From Isurus oxyrinchus (taxonomy: Eukaryota), in the NCBI GenBank assembly GCA_026770705.1, contig JANJGN010000189.1:682001-746000 (forward strand): DNA of 64,000 nucleotides, read 5' to 3'. This document shows, piece after piece, positions 12,503-26,029 of this stretch; the first letter of the stretch is position 1, and the number at the start of each line of letters is the position of its first letter. The notes under the pieces are model-generated. The model saw only the letters and a list, made by a program, of their open reading frames with translations, ran no database searches and had not been told where the DNA came from. The position numbers and the translations under genes were made by a program.

Positions 12503-14437
12503 CTGGGGAGAGAAATCTCAATATTTAACTCTGAATGGTTTGTGGATCCACTGAACCCGATATTTACAGATGAGGCTGAATTGGGGGGATGGTCAATACT
12601 GAGGAGAATGGCAATAAATTATATTGTCAGGAAGAATAGAAAAACAGGATATAATTTAAATGGTGACAGGCTGCAGTATGCAGTACAGAGGGATCTGGGT
12701 GTCCTGGTACATGAATCACAGAAAGTCAGCATTCAGGAACAACACGGAATGAGGAAGGCAAGTGGAATGTTGGCCTTTATTGCAAAGGGATGGAGTATAA
12801 AAGGAGGGAAGTCTTGCAACAGCTGCACAGGGCGTTAGTGAGATTGTAACAGGATCATTGTGTACAGGCAGTTCAGAGAAGCTTCACTGGGCTGATTCCT
12901 GGGATTAAAGGGTTTGTCCTGTGAGGAAATGTTGAGCAGGTTGGGCCTGTATCCATTGGAGTTTAGAAGAATGAGGGGTGACCTTATTGAAACATATCCG
13001 ATTCCGAGGGGGCTTGACAGGGTGGATGCTGGGAGGATGTTTCCCCCTCGTGGGGGAATCTAGAACCAGGGAGCACAGTTTCGGAATGAGGGCTCTCCCA
13101 TTTAAGACTGAGATGAGGAGGAATTTCCTCTCTCAGAGGGGCGCTAGCCTGTGGAATTCTCTTCCCCAGAGAGCAGTGGAGGCTGGGCCATTGAATAGAC
13201 TCAAGGCTGAGTGAGGCAGGTTTTTGATCGACAAGAGAGTCAAGGGTTTGGGGGACAGGCAGGAAAATGGAGTTAAGGCCACAACCAGATCAGTGAGAGC
13301 AGGCTGGAGGGGCCGAATGGCCTGCTCCTGTCCCTATTTCTTATGTTCCTACATTCTTACCTTCTTAAAATATTAAAGCTGCAGAAAAAACATGCAAGTG
13401 AATGACCCGCTCGACCCACCTTCCATCTGGGGGTCCCATGGGGAGGACCCTTCCTGAGCCAGATCCACCAGCCAACATGGTCTGGATCCGAGCACAGGAG
13501 ACACGGGGGGGAGTGACTAACAGGCTCCTTGTGACAGGCCCCGTCTGTCCAATGGCTGGCTTTCAGCTGCCAAGGCCAGAGTTGTCCTTGCTAAAACCGG
13601 CTCAGGACAGGTCAGGACCCCTGTGCAGACCCCCTCCAGCGCTGCAGCCTCTGTACAAACCCCTCATGCGCTTGTGGAGAGACACAAACAAGGCTGCTCA
13701 TTACCGAGGAGAATCCCCTCTACAGACTAAGGTGCTGACTCATCACCCTAAACTCGGCAAATGAGGAGGCTCTCGCTCGGTATCGGGGCTTGGCATTCGC
13801 TCAATAAAAATAATCAAATGACATTTTGGTCAGAAATCTAAGGAGGTTGTACATTCCCTCAAAAATAAGACTCGATCTGGGGTCGAGAGTCAAAGGGCAA
13901 CAACTTATATTTTCACAACAACTTTAACATGACAAATCACCTCAAGGTGCTACACAGGAGCGTCATAAAACAAAGTATGTCACCCAGACACGTGGAGATA
14001 TTAGCGACAGCTGACCAGAAGAGGTCGGTGTTATGGAGAGACAGAGAGAAAGAGACAGAGAGAGAGAGAGAGAGAGGGAGAGGAAGAGGGAGAGGGAGAG
14101 GTTTAGGGTGGGAAGTCTAGGGTGGTGAAAGGCGCTGTAGAAATGTAAATCTTTCTTCTGTCGATATGTCAGACTTCAAGACAGGATTTGAGAGATTGAT
14201 GGGAGTGGATAAACTGATAACATTGATAGACACAGTCAACACATTTAATCATTGATATTAAAGTGAGTATTAGACATTGCTTTAGGACTGAACTGGAAGC
14301 TATCACCAGGTTATTGAGAATCAGACAGTGTGTTATAATAAACTGTGTTTTGTGTTAATATGTAAACGTCACAGTTTGTGTTAATTCCCATTGAGTGTTG
14401 AATGTGAATTGTTGAGTAATTATAACACAGCACTTAC

Positions 14438-14803
14438 CAGAAACGTGAACCTGGGTTACAGGGTAATAGTTATGGCTCGGACCATTGTCAAATTCTATTC
14501 TGAAAAAATAAGGTCCTGCATCTTCCCATGTGATGTTGTTTATAATCAGGGAACAGTCGCCATCTTTCAGGTCTCCAGACAGCCGGGTCCGATGGTGGAA
14601 CCGTGGTAACTCGTGACTGTGATCCTTGGAGTGAAAGGCTATAGACGATGTTCTCCATTCCTCATTATTAAGCCAGACTCCACGTCGCGGTTGGTTTTCC
14701 AGACATGATGGATAACTATAATGACATGGAATCTGTACACAGGAACCTTCCTGCACTGTCACCTCTCGTGGAGTGTCACCTTTCCACTCTTGTGAGGGTT
14801 CAG
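14438..14803 (-). CDS. Gene B V-set exon (4th), Arg+
   Basis: Canonical splice sites, 366 nt. Protein identical to the two preceding copies. Confidence 0.88.
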
Positions 14804-16743
14804 CTGGGGAGAGAAATCTCAATATTTAACTCTGAATGGTTTGTGGATCCACTGAACCCGATATTTACAGATGAGGCTGAATTGGGGGGATGGTCAATAC
14901 TGAGGAGAATGGCAATAAATTATATTGTCAGGAAGAATAGAAAAACAGGATATAATTTAAATGGTGACAGGCTGCAGTATGCAGTACAGAGGGATCTGGG
15001 TGTCCTGGTACATGAATCACAGAAAGTCAGCATTCAGGAACAACACGGAATGAGGAAGGCAAGTGGAATGTTGGCCTTTATTGCAAAGGGATGGAGTATA
15101 AAAGGAGGGAAGTCTTGCAACAGCTACACAGGGCGTTAGTGAGATTGTAACAGGATCATTGTGTACAGGCAGTTCAGAGAAGCTTCACTGGGCTGATTCC
15201 TGGGATTAAAGGGTTTGTCCTGTGAGGAAATGTTGAGCAGGTTGGGCCTGTATCCATTGGAGTTTAGAAGAATGAGGCGTGACCTTATTGAAACATATCC
15301 GATTCCGAGGGGGCTTGACAGGGTGGATGCTGGGAGGATGTTTCCCCCTCGTGGGGGAATCTAGAACCAGGGAGCACAGTTTCAGAATGAGGGCTCTCCC
15401 ATTTAAGACTGAGATGAGGAGGAATTTCCTCTCTCAGAGGGGCGCTAGCCTGTGGAATTCTCTTCCCCAGAGAGCAGTGGAGGCTGGGCCATTGAATAGA
15501 CTCAAGGCTGAGTGAGGCAGGTTTTTGATCGACAAGAGAGTCAAGGGTTTGGGGGACAGGCAGGAAAATGGAGTTAAGGCCACAACCAGATCAGTGAGAG
15601 CAGGCTGGAGGGGCCGAATGGCCTGCTCCTGTCCCTATTTCTTATGTTCCTACATTCTTACCTTCTTAAAATATTAAAGCTGCAGAAAAAACATGCAAGT
15701 GACTGACCCGCTCGACCCACCTTCCATCTGGGGGTCCCATGGGGAGGACCCTTCCTGAGCCAGATCCACCAGCCAACATGGTCTGGATCCGAGCACAGGA
15801 GACACGGGGGGGGAGTGACTAACAGGCTCCTTGTGACAGGCCCCGTCTGTCCAATGGCTGGCTTTCAGCTGCCAAGGCCAGAGTTGTCCTTGCTAAAACC
15901 GGCTCAGGACAGGCCAGGACCCCTGTGCAGACCCCCTCCAGCGCTGCAGCCTCTGTACAAACCCCTCATGCGCTTGTGGAGAGACACAAACAAGGCTGCT
16001 CATTACCGAGGAGAATCCCCTCTACAGACTAAGGTGCTGACTCATCACCCTAAACTCGGCAAATGAGGAGGCTCTCGCTCGGTATCGGGGCTTGGCATTC
16101 GCTCAATAAAAATAATCAAATGACATTTTGGTCAGAAATCTAAGGAGGTTGTACATTCCCTCAAAAATAAGACTCGATCTGGGGTCGAGAGTCAAAGGGC
16201 AACAACTTATATTTTCACAACAACTTTAACATGACAAATCACCTCAAGGTGCTACACAGGAGCGTCATAAAACAAAGTATGTCACCCAGACACATGTGGA
16301 GATATTAGCGACAGCTGGCCAGAAGAGGTCGGTGTTATGGAGAGACAGAGAGAAAGAGACAGAGAGAGAGAGAGAGAGAGAGGGAGAGGAAGAGGGAGAG
16401 GGAGAGGTTTAGGGTGGGAAGTCTAGGGTGGTGAAAGGCGCTGTAGAAATGTAAATCTTTCTTCTGTCGATATGTCAGACTTCAAGACAGGATTTGAGAG
16501 ATTGATGGGAGTGGATAAACTGATAACATTGATAGACACAGTCAACACATTTAATCATTGATATTAAAGTGAGTATTAGACATTGCTTTAGGACTGAACT
16601 GGAAGCTATCACCAGGTTATTGAGAATCAGACAGTGTGTTATAATAAACTGTGTTTTGTGTTAATATGTAAACGTCACAGTTTGTGTTAATTCCCATTGA
16701 GTGTTGAATGTGAATTGTTGAGTAATTATAACACAGCACTTAC

Positions 16744-17112
16744 CAGAAACGTGAACCTGGGTTACAGGGTAATAGTTATGGCTCGGACCATTGTCAAATT
16801 CTATTCTGAAAAAATAAGGTCCTGCATCTTCCCGTCTGATGTTGTTTATAATCAGGGAACAGTCGCCATCTTTCAGGTCTCCAGACAGCCGGGTCCGATG
16901 GCGGAACCGTGGTAACTCGTGACTGTGATCCTTGGAGTGAAAGGCAATGGGAGCCCAGGGAATCTGTTTCTCATTATTAAACCAGAGTCCACCTCGCGGT
17001 TGGTTTTCCAGACACGATGGATAACTGTAATGACATGGAATCTGTACACACGAACCTTCCTGAGCTGTCACCTCTCGTGGAGTGTCACCTTTCCACTCTT
17101 GTGACAGTCCAA
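16744..17112 (-). CDS. Gene B V-set exon (3rd), Arg+, KQIPWAP loop class
   Basis: Canonical splice sites, 369 nt, open frame. Confidence 0.88.
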
Positions 17113-19048
17113 CTGGGGAGAGAAATCTCAATATTTATCTCTGGATGGTTTGTGGATCCACTAGACTCAAAATTTACAGATGAGGCTGAATTGGGGGGAT
17201 GGTCAATACTGAGGAGAATGGCAACAAATTATTTTGGCAGGAAGAATAGAAAAACAGGATATTATTTAAATGGAGACAGGCTGCAGAATGCAGTACAGAG
17301 GGATCTGGGTGTCCTTGTACATGAATCACAGAAAGTCAGCATTCAGGAACACCACGGAATGAGGAAGGCAAGTGGAATGTTGGCCTTTATTGCAAAGGGA
17401 TGGAGTATAAAAGGAGGGAAGTCTTGCAACAGCTGCACAGGGCGTTAGTGAGATTGTAACAGGATCATTGTGTACAGGCAGTTCAGAGAAGCTTCACTGG
17501 GCTGATTCCTGGGATTAAAGGGTTTGTCCTGTGAGGAAATGTTGAGCAGGTTGGGCCTGTATCCATTGGAGTTTAGAAGAATGAGGGGTGACCTTATTGA
17601 AACATATCCAATTCCGAGGGGGCTTGACAGGGTGGATGCTGGGAGGATGTTTCCCCCTCGTGGGGGAATCTAGAACCAGGGAGCACAGTTTCAGAATGAG
17701 GGCTCTCCCATTTAAGACTGAGATGAGGAGGAATTTCCTCTCTCAGAGGGGCGCTAGCCTGTGGAATTCTCTTCCCCAGAGAGCAGTGGAGGCTGGGCCA
17801 TTGAATAGACTCAAGGCTGAGTGAGGCAGGTTTTTGATCGACAAGAGAGTCAAGGGTTTGGGGGACAGGCAGGAAAATGGAGTTAAGGCCACAACCAGAT
17901 CAGTGAGAGCAGGCTGGAGGGGCCGAATGGCCTGCTCCTGTCCCTATTTCTTATGTTCCTACATTCTTACCTTCTTAAAATATTAAAGCTGCAGAATAAA
18001 CATGCAAGTGACTGACCCGCTCGACCCACCTTCCATCTGGGGGTCCCATGGGGAGGACCCTTCCTGAGCCAGATCCACCAGCCAACATGGTCTGGATCCG
18101 AGCACAGGAGACACGGGGGGGGAGTGACTAACAGGCTCCTTGTGACAGGCCCCGTCTGTCCAATGGCTGGCTTTCAGCTGCCAAGGCCAGAGTTGTCCTT
18201 GCTAAAACCGGCTCAGGACAGGCCAGGACCCCTGTGCAGACCCCCTCCAGCGCTGCAGCCTCTGTACAAACCCCTCATGCGCTTGTGGAGAGACACAAAC
18301 AAGGCTGCTCATTACCGAGGAGAATCCCCTCTACGGACTAAGGGGCTGACTCATCACCCTAAACTCGGCAAATGAGGAGGCTCTCGCTCGGTATCGGGGC
18401 TTGGCATTCGCTCAATAAAAATAATCAAATGACATTTTGGTCAGAAATCTAAGGAGGTTGTACATTCCCTCAAAAATAAGACTCGATCTGGGGTCGAGAG
18501 TCAAAGGGCAACAACTTATATTTTCACAACAACTTTAACATGACAAATCACCTCAAGGTGCTACACAGGAGCGTCATAAAACAAAGTATGTCACCCAGAC
18601 ACGTGTAGATATTAGCGACAGCTGACCAGAAGAGGTCGGTGTTATGGAGAGACAGAGAGAAAGAGACAGAGAGAGAGAGAGAGAGAGGGAGAGGAAGAGG
18701 GAGAGGGAGAGGTTTAGGGTGGGAAGTCTAGGGTGGTGAAAGGCGCTGTAGAAATGTAAATCTTTCTTCTGTCGATATGTCAGACTTCAAGACAGGATTT
18801 GAGAGATTGATGGGAGTGGATAAACTGATAACATTGATAGACACAGTCAACACATTTAATCATTGATATTAAAGTGAGTATTAGACATTGCTTTAGGACT
18901 GAACTGGAAGCTATCACCAGGTTATTGAGAATCAGACAGTGTGTTATAATAAACTGTGTTTTGTGTTAATATGTAAACGTCACAGTTTGTGTTAATTCCC
19001 ATTGAGTGTTGAATGTGAATTGTTGAGTAATTATAACACAGCACTTAC

Positions 19049-19417
19049 CAGAAACGTGAAGCTGGGTTACAGGGTAATAGTTATGGCTCGGACCATTGTC
19101 AAATTCTATTCTGAAAAAATAAGGTCCTGCATCTTCCCGTCTGATGTTGTTTATAATCAGGGAACAGTCGCCATCTTTCAGGTCTCCAGACAGCCGGGTC
19201 CGATGGCGGAACCGTGGTAACTCGTGACTGTGATCCTTGGAGTGAAAGGCAATGGGAGCCCAGGGAATCTGTTTCTCATTATTAAACCAGAGTCCACCTC
19301 GCGGTTGGTTTTCCAGACACGATGGATAACTGTAATGACATGGAATCTGTACACACGAACCTTCCTGAGCTGTCACCTCTCGTGGAGTGTCACCTTTCCA
19401 CTCTTGTGACAGTCCAA
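19049..19417 (-). CDS. Gene B V-set exon (2nd), Arg+, KQIPWAP loop class
   Basis: Canonical splice sites, 369 nt, open frame. Confidence 0.88.
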
Positions 19418-21129
19418 CTGGGGAGAGAAATCTCAATATTTATCTCTGGATGGTTTGTGGATCCACTAGACTCAAAATTTACAGATGAGGCTGAATTGGG
19501 GGGATGGTCAATACTGAGGAGAATGGCAACAAATTATTTTGGCAGGAAGAATAGAAAAACAGGATATTATTTAAATGGAGACAGGCTGCAGAATGCAGTA
19601 CAGAGGGATCTGGGTGTCCTTGTACATGAATCACAGAAAGTCAGCATTCAGGAACACCACGGAATGAGGAAGGCAAGTGGAATGTTGGCCTTTATTGCAA
19701 AGGGATGGAGTATAAAAGGAGGGAAGTCTTGCAACAGCTGCACAGGGCGTTAGTGAGATTGTAACAGGATCATTGTGTACAGGCAGTTCAGAGAAGCTTC
19801 ACTGGGCTGATTCCTGGGATTAAAGGGTTTGTCCTGTGAGGAAATGTTGAGCAGGTTGGGCCTGTATCCATTGGAGTTTAGAAGAATGAGGGGTGACCTT
19901 ATTGAAACATATCCAATTCCGAGGGGGCTTGACAGGGTGGATGCTGGGAGGATGTTTCCCCCTCGTGGGGGAATCTAGAACCAGGGAGCACAGTTTCGGA
20001 ATGAGGACTCTCCCATTTAAGACTGAGATGAGGAGGAATTTCCTCTCTCAGAGGGGCGCTAGCCTGTGGAATTCTCTTCCCCAGAGAGCAGTGGAGGCTG
20101 GGCCATTGAATAGACTCAAGGCTGAGTGAGGCAGGTTTTTGATCGACAAGGGAGTCAAGGGTTTGGGGGACAGGCAGGAAAATGGAGTTAAGGCCACAAC
20201 CAGATCAGCGAGGGCAGGCTGGAGGGGCCGAATGGCCTGCTCCTGTCCCTATTTCTTATGTTCCTACATTCTTACCTTCTTAAAATATTAAAGCTGCAGA
20301 ATAAACATGCAAGTGACTGACCCGCTCGACCCACCTTCCATCTGGGGGTCCCATGGGGAGGACCCTTCCTGAGCCAGATCCACCAGCCAACATGGTCTGG
20401 ATCCGAGCACAGGAGACACGGGGGGGAGTGACTAACAGGTTCCTTGTGACAGGCCCTGTCTGTCCAATGGCTGGCTTTCAGCTGCCAAGGCCAGAGTGGT
20501 CCTTGCTAAAACCGGCTCAGGACAGGCCAGGACCCCTGTGCAGACCCCCTCCAGCGCTGCAGCCTCTGTACAAATCCCTCATGCGCTTGTGGAGAGACAC
20601 AAACAAGGCTGTACATTACCGAGGAGAATCCCCTCTACGGACTAAGGGGCTGACTCATCACCTTGAACTCAGCAAATGAGGAGGCTCTCGCTCGGTATCG
20701 GGGCTTGGCATTCGCTCAATAAAAATAATCAAATGACACTTTGGTCAGAAATCTAAGCAGGTTGTACATTCCCTCAAAAATAAGACTCAATCTGGGGTCG
20801 AGGGTCAAAGGGCAACAACTTATATTTTCACAACAACTTGAACATGACAAATCACCCCAAGGTGCTACACAGGAGCGTCATAAAACAAAGTATGTCACGC
20901 AGACACATGTGGAGATATTAGCGACAGCTGACCAGAAGGGATCGGTGTTATGGAGAAACTTAAAAGAGGGATGAAATGGTTAGTGAGAGAGAGAGAGTGA
21001 GTGTGAGGGATGGAGAGGGCTTAAGGGAGGGTATTACGGAGCTCGGTCCCCAGGCAGCTGAAGGCATGGCCACCAATGTTAGAGTGTTGAGATCGGGGGA
21101 TGGTCAAGAGGCTGGAATTGGAGGAGCGC

Positions 21130-21590
21130 AGAGACCTCTGAAGGTTGGTGGGTCTGGAGGAGGTTACAGAGATAGGGAGGGTTGTAGGGGCTGGAGGAGG
21201 TTACAGAGATAGCGAGGTTTGTAGTGATTGGAGGAGTTATAGCGATAGGGAGGTTTTTAGGGGCTGGAAAAGTTAAGAGAGATTGGGAGAGTGTAGGGTC
21301 TGGAGGAGTTTGCAGAGGTCGGGAGGGTTGTAGTGACTGGGGCAGGTTACAGGGGCAGGGAAAGTTGTCGGGACTGGAGCAGGCTACAGAGATAGGGAAG
21401 CTTTTAGGGGCAGGAGGAAGTTACAGAAATAGGGAGGTTTGTAGTGGCTGGAGGAGGTTGCAGAGATTGGTAGGTTTGTTGGGCAGGATGAATTTACAGA
21501 TATAGGGAAGCGGTAGAGGCTTGAAGAGGTTACAGAGAATGGGATGGTTGTAGGTACTGGAGGAGGACGAGAAGATTACAGGGATAGTGA
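21130..21590. repeat. ~35-bp degenerate minisatellite (GGAGGAGGTTACAGAGATAGGGAGGGTTGTAGGGGCT-like) within a LINE 3' region
   Basis: Tandem repetition. A longer mirror copy lies at ~53820-54750. Confidence 0.8.
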
Positions 21591-21599
21591 GGAAACAAA

Positions 21600-22560
21600 G
21601 ATGAAAATTTGGACGTTGACATTTTGCTTGACCAGGAGCCAGTCTCGGTCATCGAGCAGAGCGGGTGATAAGGGAACGGGACTTGGTGTGAGTAAGGACG
21701 TGGTCAGCAGTTTTGGATGGCCTCAAGTTTATGGAGTGTAGAGCGTGTGTTGGAACAGTCGAGACTGGAGGTAATGAAGGCGTGGATGAGGGTTTCAGCA
21801 GCAGATGAGCTGAGACAGGGTGACGTCGTGCGATGTTACGGAGGTGGAAATAGACGGTGTTAGTGAGGGCGCAGATAGGAGGCCGGAAGCTCATCTCAGG
21901 ATCAAATGGGACAACAAAGCTGTGAACAGATTGGCTTCAATCTCAGAGAGCTGCCAGGGAGAGGAATGGAGTTGGTAGCGAGGGAACAGAGTTTGGAGCG
22001 GGGAATGAAGACAATGGCTTCAGTCTTTCCAATATTTAATTGGAGGGAATTTCTGCCCATCCAGTACTGGATGTCGGATAAGCAGCCTGATAATTTAGCA
22101 GCAGTGGAGGAGTCGAGAGAGGTGGTGGTGAGGTAGAGCTGGGCATCCTCAGTGGACAGGTGAAAACTAACACTGTTCAGATGATGCTGCAAAGCCATTG
22201 CAAGTGATTCTCTGGCTACGATGAGATGGATAAGAATGGAGCCAGGGGAGAGCAGTCCCACCCAGCTGGACCACAGTGGAGAGGTGTTGGAGGAGGATGG
22301 TGTGGTCGAGCGTGTCAAAGGCTGCAGACAGATCGAGAAGGACGAGGAGGGAAAGTTGACCTTTGTCACAGTCACACAGGATGCCATTTGTGACCTTGAT
22401 AAGAGCTGTTTCAGCACAGTGGCTGGGGTGGGAACCTGATTGGAGGGATTCAAACATGGAGTTCCGGGAAAGATGGGAACAGATTCGGGAGATGGAAACA
22501 GGTTGCAGGACTTTGGAGGGGAAAGAGAGGCTGGAGATGGGACGGGGGTTTACACGGACA
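21600..22560 (-). mobile_element. L2/CR1-clade LINE reverse transcriptase fragment
   Basis: ETALIKVTN...LLDLSAAFDTLDHTILL and LQLNIGKTEAI motifs. Mirror copy at ~52860-53800 (+). Confidence 0.88.
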
Positions 22561-22821
22561 GTGTGAGGGGTGGAAGGTGTAGTGGGGAGGAGATACTTCA
22601 CTCAGGGGGGAGGTGTCATCACCCCTCAGCTCGGTTTACTTTACAGCTATGATGTGGATTCAATCACACACAATAAGCTTATGGATCTGGGAGCAGAAAT
22701 AGACAAATCATTAAAAATAGTGGCGCTGGTTAACACGGCCAAAAAACAAGCAAATCAAACACTATTATTTCCCATTGAGTGTTGGATGTGAATTGTTGAG
22801 TAATTATAACACAGCACTTAC

Positions 22822-23196
22822 CAGAAACGTGAAGCTGGGTTTCAGGACGGTCGTTGTATCTATTCCTGTTGTCAAATTCTAGGCTGAATAAATAATATCC
22901 TGCATCTTCCCGTCTGATGTTGTTTATAATCAGGGAACAGTCGCCATCTTTCAGGTCTCCAGACAGCTGGGTCCGATGGTGGAACTGTGGTAACTCGCGA
23001 TTATGATCCTTGGAGTGAAAGGCTATAGACCGTTCATTCCATTTTTCCCAATTCCTTCTCATATACCAGATTCCGACTGGTGATCTCGCTACTAAATATG
23101 ATGGATAACTGTAATTACATGGAATCTGTACACACGAACCTTCCTGCGCTGTCACCTCTCCTGGAGTGTCACCTTTCCACACTTGTGATAGTCCAA
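22822..23196 (-). CDS. Gene B N-terminal V-set exon, essential Arg replaced by Ser (DAGYYLFSLEF)
   Basis: CCCTAG acceptor and GTAAGT donor, 375 nt, phase 1-1, open frame. Confidence 0.88.
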
Positions 23197-23599
23197 CTAG
23201 GGAGAGAAATATCAATATTTAACTCTGAATGTTTTCTCAATCCACTAGACTCAATATCCACCCCCTCCATCACTGGGGCACACAGGCTGCAGTCTGGATA
23301 ATCCACAGGTCACACAATGAATGCCCCAAGGTTTCACAACAGATTGAAGAGAATTCCGGACACAGGAGTGGACAAGTTCATTCTAAATTGGCTCATGACC
23401 CTCAGGTACCTATTTAGTGAAGTCAGTCTGCCACCCAACACAGTGTCTACAAGACACACTAATTGAAGTGAGTTCACTGCTGATTTACAACGTAGGACAA
23501 TGGATTAGGAGCCTTCAGAATTCCCCCATTATCACCATCATGAATCATGAATTGGCCTAGCTGTCCTAGATCCTCAGTGTCTAAGGCAGTGGTTCCTAT

Positions 23600-25846
23600 T
23601 GTGATGTAAGTATAATAATTTTCATAATATTTTATAGTATATTGTGAAGTAGGTTTATGGGGGTACGCATGATGGGTCTGCATGTGATTTAAGTACATTT
23701 GGAGTTAATTAGATTGGAAGTTTAAAATGATCAAAAGGAGCTAGGTGCTTGACATGCTATTGAGGAAACATGGATGCTGCTTAGCATGGAAGGTATGAAG
23801 AGAATTTGCATTTTTCTATCAATGAAGGGGTTGTTGGATTTCAAAGGAATCTTAGCTTGTTTACAACTAGCCAGATAAGCAAGACTAAGGAATGTGTTTA
23901 TTTTTCTCAAAGGCTCCTGGCAATATGGGCACCACGAAAGAGTTTGTTATGAGGAAGATACAGTTTCAAAAACATTTGGAACAATAGAATTTTCATGTTA
24001 CAAAGAGAGAAATATATATCTATCAGGGAGAATGAAAGGCTATGTGTCAGAATGCCATGTAAGATCTAACACGAGTGTGTGATATAGTCTTAATGAAACC
24101 TCTAGCATTTGTGCACAAGCCTGCTATCCAACAGAACTGAAGTTGGGGAAAAGCCACTTGGAATTCCTCTGTGCAGGGTATTGCTTTTATATTGTGTTAA
24201 CTTGCTGGGTTTGTTTTAAATATAAAGTCTATTTTTGGACCGTTGCCTTAAAGGGAGTGTAACTGGGAGTCAGTTTAATTCAGAATTTTAAGAATTATTA
24301 TAGTGGTAATTGTAGAGTTATGTATGTGCTTCAAATCATTTATTTTGAGAGCAAGTATTTTAATTTAATTTTCAAATCGCTAAAGGTCTTTATGTAATTA
24401 TTGCTTCTGAATTCAGTGCACACATCTCATAATAAATACAAATTGCAAAATCATTATGATCATGTGACCATCTTTCTCTCATGGACTTGGTCTGCCTGGC
24501 ACACATCACCTGCCAAGTGATAACACTGTTGTAATATGCCTTTCAGGGACAGCAGCATGACATCACTCGAGGGGAAGTGTGTCATGTGATTTTAGGAATT
24601 GGGTATAGCTTAAGTAAGTTCTATGTGTATTTGTGTGTGTTAGGGATAAGGTATATGTTTAAGTTCAAGTTTAGTTTGATTTCTGTATTTGTGTGTTAAG
24701 AAAGGGGGAAACTTCAGTTTTGGTTTCATTTTCGTTTAGCAATCTAATGGGGTTTGATGTCTCTTGAAGGAAAGTCAAAACAAACACAAGGTGTAAGAAA
24801 CTGTGCTATTGCTAAGCAACAGTGATCCAGAGGGACGGACCCATAGAGACAGAGAAAAACAGAAATGTGCTTTCAGTTTGGTTGAAAGGAGTTGCCAGGA
24901 GAAGCAGCAAAGGAGCGGGACAGATAGTCAGTCCCAAAGTAAAGAAGAAGCCAAAACCATCGAGTGGAACAGGAGAAAGAGCCAAGAAGACCTTCTACTC
25001 CAAAGAAGATCAGGAATCTGAAAAAGGTCCTGTTAAGTCGAGATAAGATTGAGGAGCAGAGGAGGGATCCAAGCTAAAAGAGAAAAAGCAAAAGGACACA
25101 GACCTAAAGCAAAAAAGGCTGATTAGAAGCCAGAAGATCATAGGAGACAGCCAAATGTTGATGTCTTCTTACTATGACCATGTGAAGCCATGGTGTTCCA
25201 TTGGCATGACTGAGCATTGGAGAGACAACGCGTAGAAGGAAGGCTGAATGCATGTGGCGATCCAGGGGGCAGGAACATGGGAAGGAGAGTTTGAAATCGT
25301 GGAAGTGGACCCTTGTGGAAGGTCTCTGAGTGAAAGTGTCATGTTAGAGAAGATTCCAAAGAGAGCACTTGACGAGTAGAGATTGGAAACTCTCATGTGA
25401 AAGATACAGTTTTGTAAGACCAGTTGCCTCATGGTGAAACAAGTGTCTGGAGTCAGTTGAGCTGAAACCCATAGCATTTGTTCCAATTGGGGTCTATCAC
25501 TTGGTTACAGAATGTGGTGTCCCTGACACCAGGTCGTCTATTGGTTTGCATGAACTGTGTACTTAGTGTGAACATGAGAGTATAAGATAGTTATTGTAAC
25601 TTGTATTCTACTTATGAATCTGTAAAGGTATAGGTCTGGGTGAAGGAGTAATGTAATATAGTTTGTCTTTCCTAGTTTAATAAATGTTTTATTCTTTTGT
25701 TAGAAGGTCATCAGATGATTCCTGTGACTCTGTTCAGTAGCTGCACTCCACATTCCTAAATAAAAAATAAAAGTTAGGACCTATCAAGCTGAGTTCCACC
25801 CTGGGATCTGACTTGCCCAGTAGTAACATCAGCTGGGATGATAACA
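23600..25846. mobile_element. Two adjacent LTR-like elements (~23600-24525 and ~24530-25846)
   Basis: Each starts TGT and ends GATAACA. The second has an AATAAA near its end. Mirrored at ~50300-51970. No target-site duplications confirmed. Confidence 0.45.
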
Positions 25847-26029
25847 CCATCCAGTCCAAGTTTCACTTTGGCCTGTGAGCAGAACACAGCTCACACAGTT
25901 TGGCTGCAGGTGTCTCCCAGCTTTCTATCCTTGTATATCTGTTCTCATGTCCCCATTCTAAATAACTGAACCCACAATGTATTTACCCAATTCCGTATCA
26001 GTGGCTGGTGCCTTTATATCATTATAAAA

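Larger units (their letters stand above)
7217..20960. repeat. Tandem array of six ~2.3-kb units, each with one V-set exon, a CR1 fragment, a GC-rich segment and a SINE/LINE tail with a GA microsatellite
   Basis: Equivalent ORFs recur at offsets of 2302, 2301, 2301, 2306 and 2305 bp. Confidence 0.95.
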
